From the NCBI GenBank assembly GCA_001275005.1, contig JWZX01003273.1, forward strand, positions 53,033 to 73,032: a DNA stretch of 20,000 nucleotides. The letters are read 5' to 3'. Each line of letters starts with the position of its first letter. Positions within the stretch are counted from its first letter, which is position 1. Shown in pieces: positions 16,442-20,000 of this stretch. Position numbers and translations under genes: made by a program. The notes below the pieces were generated by a model that saw nothing but the letters and a program-made list of their open reading frames with translations, did no database searches and had not been told where the DNA came from. The DNA comes from Chrysochromulina tobinii. Lineage: Eukaryota.

Positions 16442-18250
16442 TTAGTCGGTGCGACTCCTTCGACCGTTGCGCGCGGCGCCGTAGTGCTGTTGCTGTTGCT
16501 GCCGCTGCGCGTTGGCCGTGCCGGCTGCAGTCGCCGCATCTGCGGATGGAGCATGAACGCTACTTCCGAGAAGCCACCGGAAGAAGCGAGGATAGGCGCC
16601 AGGGGCGAGCTCGGCGTTGGGCGCGGGTCGGAGTGGGGCAAAGTGGATCGAGTAGATAGTGAGCGTGGGCGGCAGCCGCCATACCACCGCGAGCACCACG
16701 TACAGCTCGAGCGACTCGCGCCACAGGACCTTGGACCAGGTGTGCTGCCAGTCGAGGACCACCTCCAGAAAGAGGAAGATGATAGGTAGGATGAGGTAGA
16801 CCAGGAGCAGACGCATTCGAATCTGGCGGAAGGCGATGAGTCGCAACAGGTCGACGCGCAGCGCGGGCCAGACATGACCCGTCGCGCGGCGCAGGTGGTC
16901 GGACGTGGCGTTGAGGAAAAGGAGCACCGCGAAGATGAGCAGGATGCGAATCACCTGGTAGAAGAGGACGAAGACCCCACAGAGCACCTCGCCCGTGCAT
17001 GCCTCCTGCAGCATGCCGAAGCCAAAGTAGAGCACAAAGGCCAAGCAGATGCCCTCACGCTCGCGCGCGGGCGTCGAGGCAAAGAAGAAGTGCCGCCCGC
17101 CCGCGATGGCCAGTAGCGCCGTGATGAAGGATATAGAGGCGAGTTGCTCTGCCGCCGCAGCGCTCAGCAACGCAGCGCTCTGCAACCCCCAGTCAGCGGC
17201 GTTGATCGAAGCGGCGGGCGATCGGTAGATGGGCCCACTGACGCCATACGGCGAGGGAGGCGGCGGTGCGAGCGGGACGTTGCCGCCGATGGCAGGCGCC
17301 GGGAAGTCGCCAGGCTGCACCCCGGGCGCCGGCGGCGGCCACATCGGCTCCTGACGCATGCTCGTATCGCGCTGCGGAGAGTTGTAGGCATCGAGGGCCG
17401 CTGCGGTGATGATGCCTCCCGCGGGTGAGATGACGTCCTGCGAGGCGGCCATGAGCGGCAGTGCGAGGAAGCCCTGCTGCAGGCAGCGCAGCAGCAGCAC
17501 CAATATGAAAAGCCCGTGCAACGGCACCATGGTCGCACGACACATGGCGCACAACACAGCCAGCGCAACTGCACACGCGAGGATCAGCACCATTAAGCCG
17601 AAGCGCACGGCCAGCACGTCGAGCTGGCGCGTCGAGAGCGTCTCGCCAGCGCCGCCCACGAAGCGGGCCTCGCCCGTGGCGTGCAACTCCTCGCCGAAGC
17701 AGTTGTAGATGCTTAGCGTGTAGATATCTTGCTGCGGTGGCAGACGGAAGCCGATCTGGAATGTGATGGGTGCAGGCGGCGACGGCGCCGGGCGGATCCC
17801 CTCGTGCGCTGACACGGCCGGCTCGAAGCCGCGGCCGCTTACCCTGAAGTCAGCCGCGCCGCTACCGCCGGGTACGATGGCGGCCTCTTGCCAAGATAGC
17901 AGCGAGAGAGAGCTCCACCCTACGGCTGGCTGCGGGCAGAGCTCGGTAGAGCCCGTCGCGGCGCGCACGGCGTCGTTCTGCGCGAGCCAGTGGCTCAGAT
18001 TGCGCCACTGGTCAAAGTTGAGGACGGAGAGGTACGTCTGGTCGAGCACATCCCAGCACCCGGTCGAGTTGCCTATTGTGTCAAAGCACGCTCCTGGAGC
18101 CACGGAGATGGATACGTTGATCGTTCCGCCAGACGTGCTAAAATCCTGCAGCGTGACGAGTTTCATGGTGGACGACACCGAGAAGCTCACGCGCAGCGGG
18201 CTGGCTCCAGCCAGCCAGCCCAGCAGCACGAGCAGTGTGGCTCCAGGCAT
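16442..18250 (-). CDS. GPR107/GPR108-like (GOST / lung seven-transmembrane family) membrane protein, about 602 aa if unspliced
   Basis: Signal peptide MPGATLLVLLGWLAGASP from ATG 18250. The luminal domain ends YTLSIYNC...ETLS. About seven hydrophobic helices follow, with GPR107-like motifs HGLFILVLLLRCL, FITALLAIAGGRHFF, REREGI, TSDHLRRAT, DLLRLIAFRQ, WQHTW...ESLELYVVLAVVWRLPP. Confidence 0.75.
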   Translation of the reverse strand: MPGATLLVLLGWLAGASPLRVSFSVSSTMKLVTLQDFSTSGGTINVSISVAPGACFDTIGNSTGCWDVLDQTYLSVLNFDQWRNLSHWLAQNDAVRAATGSTELCPQPAVGWSSLSLLSWQEAAIVPGGSGAADFRVSGRGFEPAVSAHEGIRPAPSPPAPITFQIGFRLPPQQDIYTLSIYNCFGEELHATGEARFVGGAGETLSTRQLDVLAVRFGLMVLILACAVALAVLCAMCRATMVPLHGLFILVLLLRCLQQGFLALPLMAASQDVISPAGGIITAAALDAYNSPQRDTSMRQEPMWPPPAPGVQPGDFPAPAIGGNVPLAPPPPSPYGVSGPIYRSPAASINAADWGLQSAALLSAAAAEQLASISFITALLAIAGGRHFFFASTPAREREGICLAFVLYFGFGMLQEACTGEVLCGVFVLFYQVIRILLIFAVLLFLNATSDHLRRATGHVWPALRVDLLRLIAFRQIRMRLLLVYLILPIIFLFLEVVLDWQHTWSKVLWRESLELYVVLAVVWRLPPTLTIYSIHFAPLRPAPNAELAPGAYPRFFRWLLGSSVHAPSADAATAAGTANAQRQQQQQHYGAARNGRRSRTD

Positions 18251-18340
18251 TATTATGATGCAAAGTGGAGGCCTATTTCGGAAAGCGTAGTACAAGTATG
18301 AATACTGCTTACTGGCGACTGCAGGCGACTGTAAACGTTA

Positions 18341-18360
18341 CAGTTCAGTTCAGTTCAGTT
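18341..18360. repeat. (CAGTT)4 pentanucleotide microsatellite, overlapped by palindrome actgtaa-acg-ttacagt (18328-18344)
   Basis: cagttcagttcagttcagtt read directly. Confidence 0.9.
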
Positions 18361-18553
18361 CCTTCTCGACATGCTGCGAACGCGCTACGTTAATTACGCG
18401 CCGGTGGTCTGTGTTCATTCTGTATGAAACTCGAAAATCCAATGCGAAAATCATCACGGACAGTGCAATTGGGACAGTGTGTTGAACAGTGTGTGTGTGG
18501 CCGGCGCGGCCAACGCACACATCGCGCTACAAGACAGCCTAATCCCTAAACAA

Positions 18554-18592
18554 TGAGCCTACACCCCCCCACACTGAGCCTACACCCCCCCA
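18554..18592. repeat. 18-bp direct repeat, period 21
   Basis: tgagcctacaccccccca at 18554-18571 and 18575-18592. Confidence 0.9.
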
Positions 18593-18960
18593 GCGCACAA
18601 GATAGAAGGCACCGCTCCGCACTCTACACACGATCGCACGGTGCACACTACTGATACACACAGTCCTGCGGTGTCGGCTCGGGCTGCCGTGCGTCGCTCT
18701 GGCTACACGCCGATGAGCGACGTCTGCTTCCACGGCAACTCGGCCCCGAGCGTGAACGGCCAGTGTGAACGGCCTCACGCCCCTATTCCCAGTTCCCTGC
18801 TCTTCCCCGAGCGGGCCTTGACGTGCACCTAGACCTGTACGGCAGTTTGGGTTTCACCCATGAAGCATATGGCTTCACGCTACGGCCCGCCTCACGGCAT
18901 CTTGGACTTCGAGCGGCTTTAGGTGCTGACGTCTCTGTGAACGTGGCGGGTCAGTCTCCC

Positions 18961-19836
18961 TTAGCAACCCTGCTGCGGCACCGCGGTTGCCTCGCGCCAC
19001 GAGACGAGGATATCCTTGCGCAGCCCCGTCGGTGCCTTGAGCTTGGGATCGGGGGCCTCGAGCAACCGCTGCTTGATGACCTCATCCTGCGAGATCAGGC
19101 TCGTGAGGAAATGCACGGTGTAATTCGCGATGGCTTGCTTGTTATAGAAGATCGCATTGTATGGAGGCAGGAAGACGTGAATCACCAGCGCCCATAATGG
19201 CAGCATGTGCCGGCCGTAGATGAGACCTTGGAAACAGATGAAGCTCGTTAGGAGGATGCCCGGCAAACGCACCCACGCGTTGAGATTCGCAGTCACACGC
19301 TTTTCGACGATCGGCACCACCAAGCCCAGCTTTTGCAGCCCGAGCAGAAGATATGAGATGCCGCCGGGGAACCCGGAGATGAAGCAGGCACCAGCTGGCT
19401 CGACGGGGCCCCACAGAAGCGCCTGGCCTGGAAACCCGAGCAACGGGATGAAGAGGAGGTGATGGAAGTAGTCATCTTTCGACAGCTTGAAGCCACCGAG
19501 CATGTGGTAAACATGGACAGCGTTTACAAACGCGAGCGGCCACGATGACGCATTGCCAAACATCGAGGTGTCTCCGTAGACGCGGCTGTCGACAGCGTTG
19601 TAAGGGTCGCACAAGACAGTGAACAGAGCGCGCACGCCGGTCACACAAACGAAGAAATTCGCTAGCGCATGCACAAAGAACCACCGAGCCGCATCAAAGT
19701 CTTTCTTGGCCAAAGAAGCCTTGGACTGGAGCCACGGCTTGATGGCGAAGCGATCGCAGCAAGCGATAAGGACGAGGCACAATGAGAACGTGGCCAGATG
19801 CCCTGGTAGGCGTGTGATGAAGCTACCGCTTTCCAT
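18961..19836 (-). CDS. Multi-pass membrane protein, probable TLC (TRAM/LAG1/CLN8)-like domain, 291 aa, intronless
   Basis: ATG 19836; several TM helices; motifs RWFFVHALAN, HVYH, DDYFHHLLF (paired His), SGFPGGISYLLL, EKRVTANLNAWVRLPG. Confidence 0.7.
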   Translation of the reverse strand: MESGSFITRLPGHLATFSLCLVLIACCDRFAIKPWLQSKASLAKKDFDAARWFFVHALANFFVCVTGVRALFTVLCDPYNAVDSRVYGDTSMFGNASSWPLAFVNAVHVYHMLGGFKLSKDDYFHHLLFIPLLGFPGQALLWGPVEPAGACFISGFPGGISYLLLGLQKLGLVVPIVEKRVTANLNAWVRLPGILLTSFICFQGLIYGRHMLPLWALVIHVFLPPYNAIFYNKQAIANYTVHFLTSLISQDEVIKQRLLEAPDPKLKAPTGLRKDILVSWREATAVPQQGC

Positions 19837-19943
19837 CTCGGACGCCCCGCACTTTTCTTCAACACGTCACTTGGGTTTCGGCAGACTAACCACATCTTGA
19901 TTGCAAGCCAGCAAGCGGGGAAAAAAGCAAGCAAGCAAGAAGA

Positions 19944-19960
19944 CTCTCTCTCTCACACTC

Positions 19961-20000
<40 letters not shown>
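19944..20000. repeat. (CT)n microsatellite with CA interruptions, running off the window end; preceded by GCAAGCAAGCAAG (19927-19939)
   Basis: read directly. Confidence 0.95.

Noticed and set aside
18538..18550. cctaatccctaaa telomere-like sequence
   Set aside because: At most two degenerate units; insufficient

Overview
GC-rich, gene-dense eukaryotic nuclear DNA. It is probably from a microalga, and a haptophyte is my inference from short GT-AG introns with GTGCGC-type donors and strong GC3 bias. Eight protein-coding genes can be modelled: (1) a 2-exon acidic/basic low-complexity protein resembling a conserved uncharacterised plant family ending KKK..HYNQ; (2) a TPR protein; (3) a 1050-aa protein with a possible axonemal-dynein-light-chain-like region, four EF-hands and a repeat-built coiled coil; (4) a 3-exon V-ATPase proteolipid subunit c; (5) a 2-exon importin-5; (6) mitochondrial Hsp90 (TRAP1); (7) an RNI-like LRR protein; (8) a GPR107/108-like 7TM protein. 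A ninth gene encodes a TLC-like membrane protein. I found no prokaryotic systems, CRISPR arrays, transposases or recognisable RNA genes. The most notable observation is a Tyr-to-Cys change in V-ATPase subunit c at the known bafilomycin-resistance position. Others are a candidate stop-free in-frame intron (exitron) in the GPR107-like gene, a direct repeat plus hairpin at the importin-5 stop codon, a CG-rich fold-back element between convergent genes, and short tandem repeats roughly 90-200 nt upstream of six start codons. All homology calls are from motif recognition, not database searches.
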